This document shows, in pieces, positions 23,626 to 37,576 of a stretch of 64,000 nucleotides of DNA (the stretch's first letter is position 1; every line of letters begins with the position of its first letter). Origin of the DNA: Octopus sinensis (taxonomy: Eukaryota); the NCBI RefSeq assembly GCF_006345805.1, contig NC_043009.1:14694001-14758000 (forward strand), given 5' to 3'. The position numbers and the translations under genes are program-made. Below the pieces are notes generated by a model. The model was not told the origin of the DNA, did not search any database, and saw only the letters and a list, made by a program, of their open reading frames with translations.

Positions 23626-26600
23626 AATATATATAGTTCAAAAACTTCAAAAGATACGGCAAGCATTAGCTGTATAAGCAACTGCTTATATACAAATGCA
23701 ACTGAGAAATAGATGTAAGTGCTTGCATAACTAGAGTTAAAATAAAATATCTTCCTGTTTTAAAATATTGTATCAAATATTGTTCATTAATAGTCGTATC
23801 ATTTAAGAATACAATCTGAGTGGGCAGAAATTAACCGAAATAAACATTGCTTTTCTATCTGTCAGGTTTTGGTATTTTGGGGATAGTTTCATTTTCGTTT
23901 CCATTTCTACTTTTCTGAAAACGCAATAAATCATATTCGCACGTTTCTCCATTGACACCATAATTTATTGACGAAGCAAAACTTAAAATAACAATTTATT
24001 GAGAACTGTAAACAACTTTTCAATCCCACTACCAACCACTGTTCGTAATGGAATTCAGAAAAAAAACAACAACAAAATTTAGTGTCTTTGTTTGCTGCAT
24101 ATATTGATAAATATTCAACAACATTAATGCATTTAACCAATGAAGAAGTCTTCATTTTGGCAGAGAGAAAAAAAAAATCAATGAAAATTAGAACAATCTT
24201 AAAAGGTAATATAGCTGAAATCTTATCTCAACATGTATAAATCATTCCACATTGGCTCTCTGTAGGTAATCGTTTCAACTGCACTTTCTTCAAATGTGCC
24301 ATCTATGAAGATCACCCAGACAAAGACTTATCGTTTTTCAGAAATACAGTTTCGAATAGGATTATAAATGTTATTCTTCTATTTCTAATGCAGTTAGTTT
24401 TACGTTTTGTATTTTTGTTCTATATGTTAGAAGATCATTTCAGTTCCATTCCATTTCTTAAAAGCTGTCATGCTTCCATTTTCTTTTTATCTTCCATTAT
24501 TTTGTTGCTAAGATTTCGCCATTAATTTATAACGTCACTCCAACAATAAAGCTTTTAACTAAATTTGTTGCTTTTTCGGAAGTTATTTTGGTATTAAGAT
24601 TGGCCGCATAACACCCGATTTATTGCAGCTTTCATGTAGTGAATTGATGCCTCTTTAAATGTACAATGATATGTACAGAATGTACCACATTTCTCATACC
24701 ATATTATTGGCATATACTTAATATTCGCTATCAATTGATACAGCACTAGGCTGGTCTCATGTGTGCATGGTCGTGAGTTTGATTCCTAGAATAAGTGAAG
24801 CATTTTGTCATTGAACAAAGCACTTCATTTTATATTGCTCCATTCTATTTAACTGAAAAATAATACCAGCTGATAGCTGATGCAAATTTCTTTCTCTTCA
24901 AGTGTTTATTTGAGTTATGTGGAGGAAGGCTGAAATAGTAAAAATGACTACACGCAGCTATATTGTAATCTAAAACAACGTGCGAGATTTTGGTACAGGC
25001 TACACGGTTGCACTCACTTATTAGTGACGGACTCAATGAATCAAGTAATATTTCATTTGTCATTCAGTTTAGTACATAAAATTTAGTGTTTAAGAGTGGA
25101 ATGTCAAATGAAATAATGTAAATTATTTTAGTATTAACATTTTGTTCCGAATATTGCGTTAGTTATATTCTTTCCTCATTTTCTTTGGTTCTGAAATGGG
25201 AAAAACTGCCCTGTTCATTACCTGAATCTATAAATTTTCTTGATTTTACTGAATTATTTGCAGATTTTTCTGGTTCGTATATACATAGGGATAATACAAA
25301 AATGTTCATTATAAAATATTTAACTTATTGTCACTGTTACTAAAGCTTGTCTTTGTATAAACTAGGTTTTATCACCATTTCCTCATGGTTGTGTCCTTAG
25401 TAATTTAAAATTGATCTCTGAAATATAAATATTTTCTCTGAATATAATTATTTCACTGTGAAATATAATTATTTTCTCATTCCTCCCAAGCACTATAGCA
25501 GACACATTCTTCCTATGATCGAAAATACTCCTGTGGTGACTAGTTTTTCTTTTACTAAAGTACATTGTTATTATCTAAAACTTTATTTTGAGTTGAGCGC
25601 TTCTGCTTTCCAAATAATAAACTTTGTGTTGAGGGTGAATTGGCAGCTACCAATTGGCAGCTAGCAAACCAATTAACCAACTAGTGGGTTCCCAACAGTT
25701 TCGTTTTATATCAGTCACTAACTAAATTCTAGGCCTTGATTATTCCTTTATCACACAACGACAAGCAGTTCGAAATCGGTGACATTCTAATAAGATCTAC
25801 CATGATTGAAGCATAACTGGATTCATATACCGTGTATGTAAAAATGATTAAAATACTATTTGCTGTTTAGCTAATTCTCTTTTGCTTCTCCACCAGAATT
25901 ATAACTGATTTTGAACCTATTCTTAAAATGTTTCCCTCAAATTCAATGGTGCTATTCATACAGACAGTGTGTCTGTAAAATAAGGCAAGTCGATTTGTTT
26001 TATTAAATACGACATTTTTGAACGCGTGTTTAAATTACAATACAACTGTTATCGTTACTGGAAGCTTTATCACTTTCTGGATGTGTTCTGTGAGACCTAC
26101 TTCAAACCGAATCTGCCTAATAAGAACTTAATTTGTTCTTGTCGTCTCTCGTAGCTATGTAAATGATTAAGTAATAGCCATCAGCGAGCTATGAATGTCT
26201 TTCCCTGATTGCATTAATATTACTAGTTAGACTCTTGATTCTCTGAGATTTTATATAACATACCTTCTCATCTAACTAGCTGTTGCTTAATCTAGTTAAG
26301 CTATATAACCGTAAGTTAGTATTGTATAGTTATTGTTGTGATTGTTTAACCCCAGGCTACCCCTGACTGAACGGAACTATGATCAATACAATCTAGGATT
26401 ACATTATCTAATGCGTTCTGCTTATTCAGTGTTATGCGTTTCTTAGGAGAGATATAGATGTTATTTCGAGTGGGAAGTGCAACTACTTAGTAGCTTCCTG
26501 TTTGGTTCATGTATAAAAGTGTGTTAAGTTCTGGCACAAAAGGTTTAAAACAACAGTGTCCTTGGCAATATTTTTGCTATTCTTAAGTTTCTACTGATTT

Positions 26601-26797
26601 CTCATCTTTAGTAGGATTCTAAGACATACTCTGTTTCCTTACTTACAACGAAATATTTTTCTCGCTTCCTTTGCGTTCAAATATATGTCTGCATGTATGT
26701 ATATTTCTTAACGATGAATGCATGTTTTATAACTGCTATATATTATTTTATCAAACTCCTTCCTAACTGCAGTATTAATTTTAACTGATATAGATAA

Positions 26798-28106
26798 GGT
26801 ATACCCAAATCACTTTGGTGCACGCATCAGTTTTATCAGTCTCTAACAACATGTGCAGAGTTTAATGATTCCGTTTTCTGGTCTATCTACGAAGTATCTT
26901 CATTTATTTCATGTAAACAAAAACACGATGCGAGAAGTATGTGAGGAGACTTGATTATCAATTTAGCACTATCTTCAAGCCGATTAAATTTTATTTATTT
27001 ATTTATATGAGAACCGCTATGACAGATGAAATGCTAACAAAAAAAGAAAGACATGCAGTCCTTGTTGCCATATATGTGGAACACAAGGATTTAAAACCTT
27101 ACAGTTTTATAAATGTTGCACGATTTCAGTACATGAAGTTAGGATAGAATGGTAAGTACTCACGCGAGGGTTCAACTGTATGAAATAGGAATAAAATACA
27201 TTCCAAATCCTCGGACACAGGAAGTGCATCAACATTCATCCATCGAGTTCAAAACATTATCGATAATGATAGTAGAACATCAGTAGAATCAATCGCATAA
27301 GGAATGTCATGTGTCTCAGTAGACCATTAGAACTGTGAGCACGAGATTATTTGAAACATGTCGCATGAACTGAGAAGAAATCAATTCATGTCTGTAAAGA
27401 AATTGTTGTGTCCATGCCAAATAGTTACTTACAAGTTTTAAAATTCTCACGGCCATTCATGAGAAAATATTAATGAGAAAATGTTCATTGATCAGAAAAT
27501 CTTCAACTAAGACTATAAGACGAGCAAAAAAATAACAGCTACGCATAGACCCTTCTCATGTCCTCAGAGAGATGCAACTATGCTGGTTTAAAAGAGGTAA
27601 CTAATCTCGAATACCACCTCACATCTTTCCACAAGTTTTTAGAATTAATGCTTCTGGATGCGCTGAGGTGCTCGAGAGTTGTTAAACACTGTATGGCTGG
27701 AATATGCAGTGGAGGTCAGTGCTTGTTTCAATACGACTCAGCACCTTGTAACAAATCGACGTAAACGAGGAGTTGATGCGAGAAAAGTTTACGATCATAT
27801 TACATTCAGCTTGTGGTCTCCAATATCACCAAATTAATATACCATGGTCTACTACGTTTGGAGAATTAATTAAGGGGAGACTTAATTAATATTTAACAAT
27901 ATCATATCTCTAATGAAGGTCACTATTATCCTGACCATATAGTGCAAGCATGCTAATTATTCCGGCCCGGCATTGAAACAGACACCAGCGCGGATAGCAG
28001 ATTCATAGAAGAATTGTTATGAGAAAGCTTATCGAGAATACATGAACAAATTCTTTATTAAAAACGTGTTTTTTTCTAGTTGAGAGGGGTTTTATCGGTA
28101 TACCCA
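26798..28106 (+). mobile_element. Highly decayed Tc1/mariner (maT-like) DNA transposon
   Basis: KKERHAVLVAI N-terminus, FQYDSAP, WSPISP..YYVW near 27812-27862; related to 31857-33041; GGTATACC-containing ends at 26798 and 28097. Confidence 0.6.
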
Positions 28107-29307
28107 TTATGTCCCTAACTGCTTTCCACAGCCTTATAACCTAAGATACACATGGACTCATGCAACCATCAGTAACTGTCTTCTACAAGACGTCTTTTGC
28201 ACGAAATACTTAAGCTCACTGGTGAATATTTGATGTTTACTAAACAGTACATTTTTTAACCATCATATAAGTTATTTCCTCTATTGCAACCTTTTCTACT
28301 CTGGGACTTATGAGAGAAAATATTTTTTCTTTTCCTTTGACATGAGTCGTTGGACAAGAGACATGTAAATCCTCGATGTTGTCATTGCAACAACCCTAAT
28401 ACAAACAGACATCTATTAAACATACACAAACTTAAAGTTTTCGCATAAGCTTATCAAACTACATAAAATGTATCTACAAAGGGACATTTTATGCTAAAAT
28501 CTATAAAAGTTGTGCAAATGTTATATAATGATAAAAAAAACTGCACAACATTATTTCAGAAAGCAGTGCGTGATTAATATCTACAATTGCAGGAAGGATT
28601 GGCTTCAAAGAATTTATTTCGAACATATATCTCTCTACCTTTCCGTGACTTGCCACAGTAGAATTCCTTCTGTGAAAGTTTACAAAGTCTATACTTCGTC
28701 TCCATTTACTTAAAAGCCATTTCACTTATCCTGAAGATTTGTAGAACAATGAAATGTAAATAGGATATGTTGCAACATGCATAACGGAACGTGAGATATT
28801 CTCCTATATGTACACTTGTGTAGCAGAAATATATTCTTGTATATTGTGAGTTCACATTTCATTGGAAGCGAGATGCTATAGCTTTTTAAGGATACATAAT
28901 GTATCTAGTAATACATAATGTATCTACATAATGCAGTCTAGTAAAAATCTTCCTGTATTACAAGTATCCGAAAATGAAGTAATTCAGTCGGTATATGTTA
29001 ATATGCACTCATTATAGCTTTGTGTCATCACTTTCAAGGGGATCCACTTTGAGCCGGAAAGCGTATGAGTGAATAATATGTGTCTGCGAGAGTATGGTTA
29101 GGTATGTATTGTTTACAGCAATCTAAGAAGTGTTGGCATTGATCTGGAGGCAACGTACTCACCTTTTATGTCACGTTATTCGTTATCAAAAACTTGTGGT
29201 TAATCAGGGAGTCGTGTTTATTGTACCATTCCAGACATCAAACGTGCACAGTGTTGGTACACTAACGGGATTGACACTAATATTTGAGGCTAATATATCT
29301 ATATCTA

Positions 29308-29419
<112 letters not shown>

Positions 29420-29420
29420 A

Positions 29421-30213
<793 letters not shown>

Positions 30214-30249
30214 GGACCGGATATTATCTACTCCCTTCCTTAACTCTCG

Positions 30250-30308
<59 letters not shown>

Positions 30309-30779
30309 GTGTGTGTGTGTGTGTGTGTGTGTGTAAATATATATATGTTACTTTTCTTACTCATTACAAAGACTATAATATTTCTAGTCGTAGATAACTA
30401 TTTATAGTACCATTTCATTCATATAGGAAATCGTTAGCATGACATAGCCGGAGACCAATATATTAAACTGAATTGGACATTTTACAGAATGAAACATTTC
30501 TTAAGATGGAAAATAGATGCAGTTAAAAAAATTTTGACAGAATGGGCTTATCTTTCTATTTTCTTCTTTTATTACTTAGAACGTTAATAGCCCAGCAATT
30601 GAGAGAAGAGACAAAGAAACTTCCTACACACGGACTGATATTTTACAGGGTGTTTTACCACGCGAAAATGTTTTTACTTTAGTTACGTTTGCAGTTTTAC
30701 GTACAAAAGAAAAGTTAAACTAAATAATTATAGAGTAATTCAAACATATTAATAGTAATACTCAGAACGTGTAACACGT

Positions 30780-30846
30780 AAATCTAACGTGTCGGTGCTT
30801 TCCTGGCGTAGTATACTACGGCAGAAAGCACCGACACGTTAGATTT
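30780..30846. repeat. Near-perfect 67-bp palindrome
   Basis: AAATCTAACGTGTCGGTGCTTTCCTGGCGTAGTA|TACTACGGCAGAAAGCACCGACACGTTAGATTT. Confidence 0.9.
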
Positions 30847-31856
30847 GTATAGAAAATGGTTCGCATAAAAAAAGACTGCCTGGAAGCCTAACAACTAAAA
30901 CATTTTATATTGGTAGAAAATTCGATAAATATGGGATTTGAATGAAGATGTAAGGAGCCTTAATAGATGTCTCACTCATGAATTTGACATGTATGTGAGT
31001 CTAATTGAGTACTGAATTTGCATATATATACGGACGTACACACACATACAAATTTATACATGTGTATATTCGTATATGTGTGTGAGTGAGTGTGTGTGTG
31101 TGTGTGTGTGTGAGTGTGTGTGAATGCGAGTGTGTATTATCATTGTGTGAGGAAACGCATTATTTCAAGAAAACTAAGGGTGCTATGCGATATATTTTAC
31201 TGTCAATTATGATTATCTGCATATCCAAAATAAGGCACCCGCAATTTAAATAATATGAGCGCACTAACGTGATTATATATAATGCCTCGCACAGTTTTTA
31301 AATCGATGACACAATCCTTTTAATAACATGCAACCATAGATTCTCTGCAGGCATTGACAGAATTGTAACTGTGTATGTGAATTTAATCAAAGATAGACTA
31401 GGTTAGTGTTACAAGCTAAAATATACACTGTTATAATTGGATGGTCATGACTGACCATTTAGTGCTTAGGAGTTTTCTAGAGCATCATTCTCTAAACACT
31501 ATCGAACATTAACAATGTTAACAATGGCCTCAAGAAAACGAAAGGCATTAGATTATTCGGCTAATTTCTCCTTCGATTGTGAGACACCTAGGATTTAAAC
31601 TTAGATTCAATTTTTAAACCATAATTAACTCTTTTAAGAAGCTATATACATATAGGTGTATATGTGTGTGTGAATCTGCGTGTGACTTTTAGAGTTAATT
31701 TTGATTCTTATTTTTAGCAATCGCTGGTGCTACTTTGCATCATTTATTTATTAATTCCTTTGGATTCTTAATTGCTAACGAGCCACTTTTTATTATAATG
31801 TTTAATATAGCTTAATATATTAATATATCACTATAGTGTATTTTTGTATTGATATA

Positions 31857-33037
31857 CAGGGTGCGTAAGGTATTTGAGGACATACCTTTTTTCGCTCATT
31901 GCTATAATCTTTCTTTCAGAAAATAACAATAGCAGACTCTCAGCTTACAAAAGAAATGAAGAGGCATGCCATTATTTTGGTTATAAAGGCTAAGCATAGC
32001 GATATATAATTATCTTGACTTTTAAAAGTTGCCATATCTTTCGTCTACAAAGTTTGTAAGGAACTAGAGACTGAAGATGGCAAGTTATCACCAGTAACAA
32101 AACAGAAAAAAACTTTCTAAACGCACTGAATTCATCAGAACACCTGAATTTATCCAGTAGGTTCAACATATCATTGATTACAAACCCAAAATGCCTATGA
32201 GGTCAATTGCAATATCCATCCATGTATTAGGAGGAACAGTCGGAAATGTTGTCGTCAGATATATGTCCTATATGATAAGAAATGATCAATTTGTCAGAAA
32301 AACCAATCGAAAATCACTACATCAGATCTAAAAGGTTCTTAAACAGACTGAAAACTGCAACAGCAGAAGATCTGATTTGGTTTTTCTCAAACGAGAAAAA
32401 ATTCGACCAGGATCAAAGAGTTAAGAGAAGAAATGGCAGATAGTTATGTGCAGACCCTTCTGAAGTTCCAAACGTTATGCATTTCCTACAACTATCAATG
32501 TTTTGGGAGTTCTCAGCAGTAAAGGACATGTGATGCCTCCTTACTTTTTTCCACAAGGCCTTAGAGTTGACACTGCCGCCTACATTGATGTCCTGGAAAT
32601 AATTGTTAAGCCCTGGATAGAGAGTGTATGCATTGGATGGGCATGTGTGTTTCAGTAAGACACTGCACTATCACACATTGCTCTAGTAATACAGGAATGG
32701 ATGGCTGAAAATTTTCATGTTCGCATAACCCTTAACATTTGGCCTCTTAATTCCCCAGATCTCAATCCATTGTATTATTGTGGAGGGTTGTTTAGAGAGA
32801 GGTCAAAGAAATACTCTCATAACACCAAACATACTTTGAAAGCTGCCATTGTCAAATTAATGTTCAAAGTGATCCAGGACCACTTGATTTGGGTGTGTAG
32901 ATGATTAGATCTCATATAGAAGCAGATGTTGAAGTTGAAGGTGGCTTTATTGAATAACATTATGTCAACTTCATAGCATTTTTTGATATATAAAGTTATT
33001 GTATATTTGTCTTTTATAAAGATAAATCTGTCCTTAA

Positions 33038-33041
<4 letters not shown>
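31857..33041 (+). mobile_element. Decayed Tc1/mariner superfamily (maT/DD37D-like) transposon
   Basis: TA|CAGGGTG start; FFSNEKKFDQDQ, FQ*DTALSH, WPLNSPDLNPL motifs; GTATTTGAGGACA near the left end is mirrored by TGTCCTTAAATAC at the right end. Confidence 0.82.
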
Positions 33042-33121
<80 letters not shown>

Positions 33122-34472
33122 ATGCGTGTGTATACGTGTATGTACCAGAATGCTCATAGGTGAAAAGCAGTAGTAGTATTTCTAGTCGTAGTAGTAGAAA
33201 TTGCAATAATAGTGTATTGAGGGGTCAAAACAACTTTCAGTATATACGCGTCGCTTGAAACCCGTTTTCTTTGCAGATTCGAGAAACATTTATCGCATAT
33301 GAATTCCGATTGAGTATAAAACAAAGCATATCTTCACCTCACTATTCGTCTTTCTGAATTAATTTTCCTCCTTATTTCTCTCACTCTTTGTATTTCCTGT
33401 TAGTTCTATGACACATGGTTTATCTGTAATGAGCACCATACTATCTTTCAGCCTCCTTATTAAAGATATTAAAGTTCTGATATCGATTTTGCTTTTCTTT
33501 TATACTTACATAATTGTTTTAGGGCTCAGATATTGACCATAGTCTTTTTGTGGGATTTAGAATTATTTCCTTTCATTCGGATGCTATATAAATGCCATTT
33601 GTTATTTTCATATAACCTGTCATTGTAAAACAGACAAAATATACGAAATACAAATAAAATTTAATATATGAACTGGTAAATTAATCTGTGAAATTGGCAT
33701 AAAGAAGTAGAAAACAACAAAAACCTGCTTCCATAGCAACGAAAGGCTGCGTCATTGCCGCAAGTATTTCATTTCTCTCTGATCTACTATGCACAAGAGA
33801 GTCTGATCGGAATCCCATCTCTGAAATCGTTTCAGTGCTGACATCAATAAAATGCATACGCTGACGCAAATACTTCAAATTGGCGCCAGACAAAAAGGAA
33901 AAAAAATAAACAATATAGGATACTAGAGGAATGACATATTTTTACAACAGCATTAATAAGATATTTTATGCAGCTGTATTTCTTCAGATGAATTTGGAAA
34001 TAGAAATAGTGATGAAAGGCATCGAGATAACACCAGTAATTACTCCGAATACTGCAAAGAATGGTTTTACTTAATACTTCAAGAATATTCCAACTTTTCT
34101 TAGATACAAACAACTAAATCACAAAGAAAAAAGAAAAGAAACACGTTTTACACATACTGGTACACATATATTTACATATATATATGTATATATGTAGTAA
34201 TATATACGCACAGACACACATACTCACACGTACTAACAATCATGTATAGATGTATAAGTAGAGTGTAGAGCAAGAAAAAGATTTTCAATTCTTAATCAGA
34301 GGCAGTTTTTACGCATTTATTTTTACCTTATTCTGTTTACCAGTATATTTCTCTTTGCTCATAAACTTCACTCACTAATACATACATACATACATATATA
34401 TCTATATATATACACACACACAAATATATACATGTATATGCATGTATTTGTATGTGTGTTAGTACGTAAATA

Positions 34473-34631
34473 CAGGCGCAGGCGTCGCTGTTAAGTAACA
34501 GGCTTGATTTCCAACTGCATGATTTTGGGTTCAGTCAGACTTCGTGAGAAATTGGGCAAGTGCCTTCATCTATAGCCGCGACGAAGCCATAGTGGTGGAT
34601 TTGGTAGACGGAAACTGAATGAAGCCCGTCC

Positions 34632-34635
<4 letters not shown>
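34473..34635 (+). mobile_element. SINE 5' half (family of 6065-6510)
   Basis: GGGTTCAGTC, TTGGGCAAGTG, GGATTTGGTAGACGGAAACTGAATGAAGCCCGTC, then (TA)n. Confidence 0.75.
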
Positions 34636-34680
<45 letters not shown>

Positions 34681-34699
34681 ATATAAGCATATATCTAGT

Positions 34700-35360
34700 T
34701 CTGTGTCTTCGTGAATGACTGTCACTACGTTTCAGAGAAGCACTGCTGCTGCCACACAAGCTACGTCTATTTCCGGGGGAATTTCCTCCACCTTGACTCT
34801 GCTAGTCCTTCTTCCTAGGTACGTTGGTAGGTGGACCACTTTGTCCGTCTTCATGGGCGTTACCGAGTGTTCCCTTGCTTTCTCCGTACTTCTAAAATGA
34901 ACGTTTACAGATCCGAAACGGCTTCCTCTGGCGAGATATAACTTATCTCGCCAAATTGGCCTCAATGTTCTCTCATTTATTTCTGTTGGCTCCGATGTAA
35001 TCTTTTTGTTTTTCACGGAGTACACATCGCAACCATCCCTATCCACCATGTTTTCGAAACTTCTCAAATTCTTCAGGTTCACCTCCTTTCTACGAAATTC
35101 CTTTGCTTCCGTGAATGTCTTCCCTTCCAAATGCTTGTGCATTTTCTGCACCGCTCTCACGAGCTCCTCCTCCGATGACAACAACTCGTATTCGCTGATA
35201 TCTGAATATACAAAATTTGCCGAGGGATACCTAGCCATCTCTCACGGAGAAAAAAACACAGCTAAACCGCTGCAAACCAGCAAAAAGAATAACAACTCAA
35301 CAATTAAAACTCCAAGTAATCGAACAGGAAACACACACAGAGCAAAATTTTATGAACATG
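34700..35360 (-). mobile_element. Tx1/L1-like 5' UTR and ORF1 N-terminal part (ORF 34732-35238)
   Basis: SSEEELVRAVQKM...KEVNL...HLPTYLGRRTSRVKVEEIP aligns with SEEELERAVRKM...KEVDL...LLPSYLNRKTTRIRVEGIP at 21018-21530. Confidence 0.72.
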
Positions 35361-35361
35361 A

Positions 35362-36000
35362 TTTTTTATTACCCACAAGGGGCCAAGGAAGTGTGGATAT
35401 TACACGGACTTGTGGGCAAATAGAACGTATAAAAGAAAACAAAAAACGTATGATATAATGCATAAAAAATGAAAATGATATATAGAAATGGGCTACCTGA
35501 GACCCTTACATCATTCAGTCCTTCGTTCTCTTCCATATTGCAGTCAGTTCTCCAAACTGAATAACCACTTTTGTATTCGTATATTCCCTTCAATCTACTC
35601 TTAGGCACCGCAAAACATTTGTACCATGATTTTCCTTCTGAGTTCTCTCGTTTTATTTCCTTCAACTTTGCCATTTTACTTAACAAGTCTGCATCAACTT
35701 CCTCAGACATTATAACTAAATCACAATTGGCAGAGGAGGTTTGTGATTTCTTGTGTGTCAGCACTTCTTTTTTTCTATTTAATTTTTGTCGGAGTGAATG
35801 GGTGTGTGTGGTGTCTGCGGGGGGAGGGTTGGTTTGAGAGAGTATGGGTGGGATGGGTATGGGTTGGGGTTCCTGTTCATTTTGACTCATTTTCTCTTCT
35901 TTCTCTGCGTCACCACCTTCCATCTTCCTTCCTCCTTCTTCTCTGCTGCTTCTTCCATCACCTGTTCCTTTTGATCTTCCTCCCGACTTTCCAAGCAATC
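35362..36000 (-). mobile_element. Tx1/L1-like ORF1 C-terminal part followed directly by T-rich 3' UTR and AATAAA
   Basis: EEAAEKKEEGRWKVVTQRKKRK...EPQPIPIPP resembles EEAQNEWEEERKIRKRRRRK...EPQSTPTPP at 21870-21972; minus-strand AATAAA at 35365-35370. Confidence 0.6.
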
Positions 36001-36409
36001 AAGCAGGAAACACGCACAGAGCCAAATGTTATACACCACCGCATGGCTAAATTGCCAAAATGTTTTCATCGCTTTGGGAGCACGACCTGTTGCAGCACGG
36101 AATTTTGTCAGTGAACAGGTCGCGCTCTCAAAGCGACGAAAATATTTTGGTAAATTAAATTTATGTGTTGAAGTGAATTTAACGGTTTTTGTGTGTATCT
36201 TTAAATGACTTATAAACATCTTCACCGCTGTAATTGTTTTTGCTTCAGCTCATCACCTCAGATCAGTCCACTTGCTATGCAAGTACATCTTAGCAATATA
36301 TATATGATATTTTTCCTATCATGTCCACAATAGATTTGGGACTATTCGGTGGTACAGAGATATTTTTTGACTTCTATTTTTAGCGATATCGGTACTCATG
36401 TAGTACCCT

Positions 36410-36440
<31 letters not shown>

Positions 36441-36541
36441 TTACGTATCTAAAATATTGTATGTATATATTTCATGAAGTTGCCTGTACGGCTGAGAATT
36501 CGCTTACCATTCGTGATGGTATTTTAATAATACCATGTAAT

Positions 36542-36638
36542 ATGTGACAATTATTCGGTAGCCATGATAAAAGTCCGAGTTTCGGATGCCGAGGTGGAAA
36601 CTCGGAGTTTTATCATGGCTACCAAACAATTGTCACAT
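36542..36638. repeat. Fold-back hairpin with 42-bp arms and 13-nt loop (MITE-like)
   Basis: ATGTGACAATTATTCGGTAGCCATGATAAAAGTCCGAGTTTC versus GAAACTCGGAGTTTTATCATGGCTACCAAACAATTGTCACAT, 3 mismatches. Confidence 0.9.
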
Positions 36639-36652
36639 TTCCAGATAAATTC

Positions 36653-36708
<56 letters not shown>

Positions 36709-36709
36709 C

Positions 36710-36983
36710 AGTTTGTGACAGATCATGCCTTTCTTTTGCTAGACTCAAATCTCATTTGCGAACCAATGGAAAACGAACCACTACCAACTATTCTGCCCAC
36801 ATGACTGTGCAAACCTCTGAATGCAGTGTATGCGACAAGGTGTACAAATAACGCAAGCCTCAAAAGACATTTTAAGATCTACACAGACCAGAATTAATCT
36901 GCCGCTCTTGATGGTCTAAATCGTATGTGCAATCTATGTGGGCGACTCTTCAGAACATTGTCTCGTTTAAAAAGCCCCATCAG

Positions 36984-36985
<2 letters not shown>
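36710..36985 (+). pseudogene. Three degenerate C2H2 zinc-finger-like motifs, probably an RTE LINE C-terminus
   Basis: VCDRSCLSFARLKSHLRT, ECSVCDKVYK*..LKRHFKIY, MCNLCGRLFRTLSRLKSPIR; stops and frameshifts; bounded by microsatellites. Confidence 0.55.
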
Positions 36986-37070
<85 letters not shown>

Positions 37071-37100
37071 TGTATATATATATATAATTATGCATATATA

Positions 37101-37576
37101 TATAAGAGAATGATCAAAAAACATTGGAAATGTTGCTATAGTAACGGAGATAAATTACGTAGAGTGAAGCCACTTGGCACTGATTGGCCTGGAACTGAGT
37201 CAAGCGGGCACAATAAATTGTAACACTTAATTTCGTTGTATATATCAGTTCTTGTGATCATCTAAAAAAGAACGTCACTTATCAGCTGTGCAAGTTCTTT
37301 ATTGCGTCTGGAAGCGGTTGTAATAGGTGACGAATCGTGGGTCAATGGTTATGGACTGAAAACCAAGGCAAAGATCAAATCGCTCGTGAAAAGAGAAAAA
37401 AATTAAAGATATCGGGGAAATCCAAGAGTCTATGATGTAGCCGCTGCTCGCTATCACAAAAACGGAGTTCCAGGAATAGTTCCATCAATGGAATCGTATG
37501 GCTTTAAAAGGCAGTTATTTCAAAGAACAGTAAATGCCGAATTAAATTTTGTTTTCTTTTTATCAGGTCTCGTATA
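37101..37576 (+). mobile_element. Internally deleted mariner-like element
   Basis: IGDESWVNGYGLKTKA near 37323-37370 (TGDETW..YDPETK-like); ends AGAGAATGATCAAAAAA and TTTTTTATCAGGTCTCGTA are imperfect inverted repeats. Confidence 0.6.
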
